Origin: an uncultured Candidatus Saccharibacteria bacterium
GTDB lineage: Bacteria > Patescibacteriota > Minisyncoccia > Phycocordibacterales > UBA918
Reading direction: 5' to 3'
Length of the DNA stretch: 64,000 nt
Assembly: GCA_964618165.1 (NCBI GenBank)
Contig: CAZTWW010000001.1
Span: 499-64,498 of the forward strand
Shown: in pieces, positions 63,906-64,000 of the stretch
Layout: every line of letters starts with the position of its first letter
Position numbering within the stretch: the first letter of the stretch is position 1
Position numbers and translations under genes: made by a program
Notes under the pieces: generated by a model
What the model was told of the DNA's origin: nothing
Databases searched by the model: none
What the model saw: the letters and a program-made list of their open reading frames with translations, nothing else

Positions 63906-64000
63906 TATGGTAAACCTTGATGATTATCACTACGTATTGCCACCAGAATTGATTGCCCATGAGCCAGCCTCACCACGTGAGTCGGCCAAGCTCTTGGTCT
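63906..64000 (+). CDS. queA: S-adenosylmethionine:tRNA ribosyltransferase-isomerase (QueA), 3'-partial
   Basis: N-terminus 'MVNLDDYHYVLPPELIAHEPASPRESAKLLV' matches the QueA N-terminal consensus (LSDFDFELPEELIAQ.P...R..SRLL). The ORF runs off the window. A TATACT -10 lies 13 nt upstream. Confidence 0.8.

Overview
This 64-kb window is from a compact bacterial chromosome. Almost all genes sit on the + strand, and GC content is about 50-55% except for one AT-rich patch. It falls into two parts.

The left part (nt 1-35,600) is a very large cell-surface locus. It carries two giant Thr/Ser-rich proteins: one of at least 3,412 aa that runs off the 5' edge of the window, and one of 2,048 aa. Both are built from beta-helix-like repeats, DUF2341-like plus LamG-like (concanavalin A-like lectin) modules, CnaB/carboxypeptidase-regulatory-like modules and a recurring module of about 170 aa. 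Two smaller secreted proteins (624 and 385 aa) share with the giants a divergent WxL-like C-terminal domain of about 150 aa. The locus also holds three paralogous DUF916-like membrane-anchored proteins (one with a LytR_C-like domain), a MacB/FtsX-type ABC transporter, a protein with four Fn3 repeats, and a tight four-gene operon of cohesin-like and dockerin-like proteins. A separate Cys-rich-repeat protein also ends in a dockerin.

The right part holds housekeeping genes: an AI-2E transporter, CapA-like protein, FKBP isomerase, tgt, uvrB, uvrA, a short uvrC, a stand-alone NrdJb/TSCPD-like ORF, ddl, pterin carbinolamine dehydratase, tRNA-Ala(TGC) and partial queA. These are interrupted by an island downstream of the tRNA that carries DUF1294, a translationally coupled MazG-like plus PD-(D/E)xK-nuclease/DUF2075 (SLFN-like ATPase) pair in an AT-rich segment, two coupled zinc-ribbon miniproteins, a CPBP intramembrane protease and an amidase-like gene.

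Across the window there are many intrinsic terminators, a recurring extended -10 element (TGGTAnAnT) 7-10 nt upstream of start codons that implies leaderless or short-leader mRNAs, and a conserved 38-nt element after two genes. There is a candidate sRNA, a palindromic repeat pair flanking a small cassette between uvrB and uvrA, and a 945-bp non-coding region with internal repeats.

I saw no CRISPR array, rRNA, transposase or integrase. All product calls rest on motif-level recognition from the translated ORFs; no searches were run.
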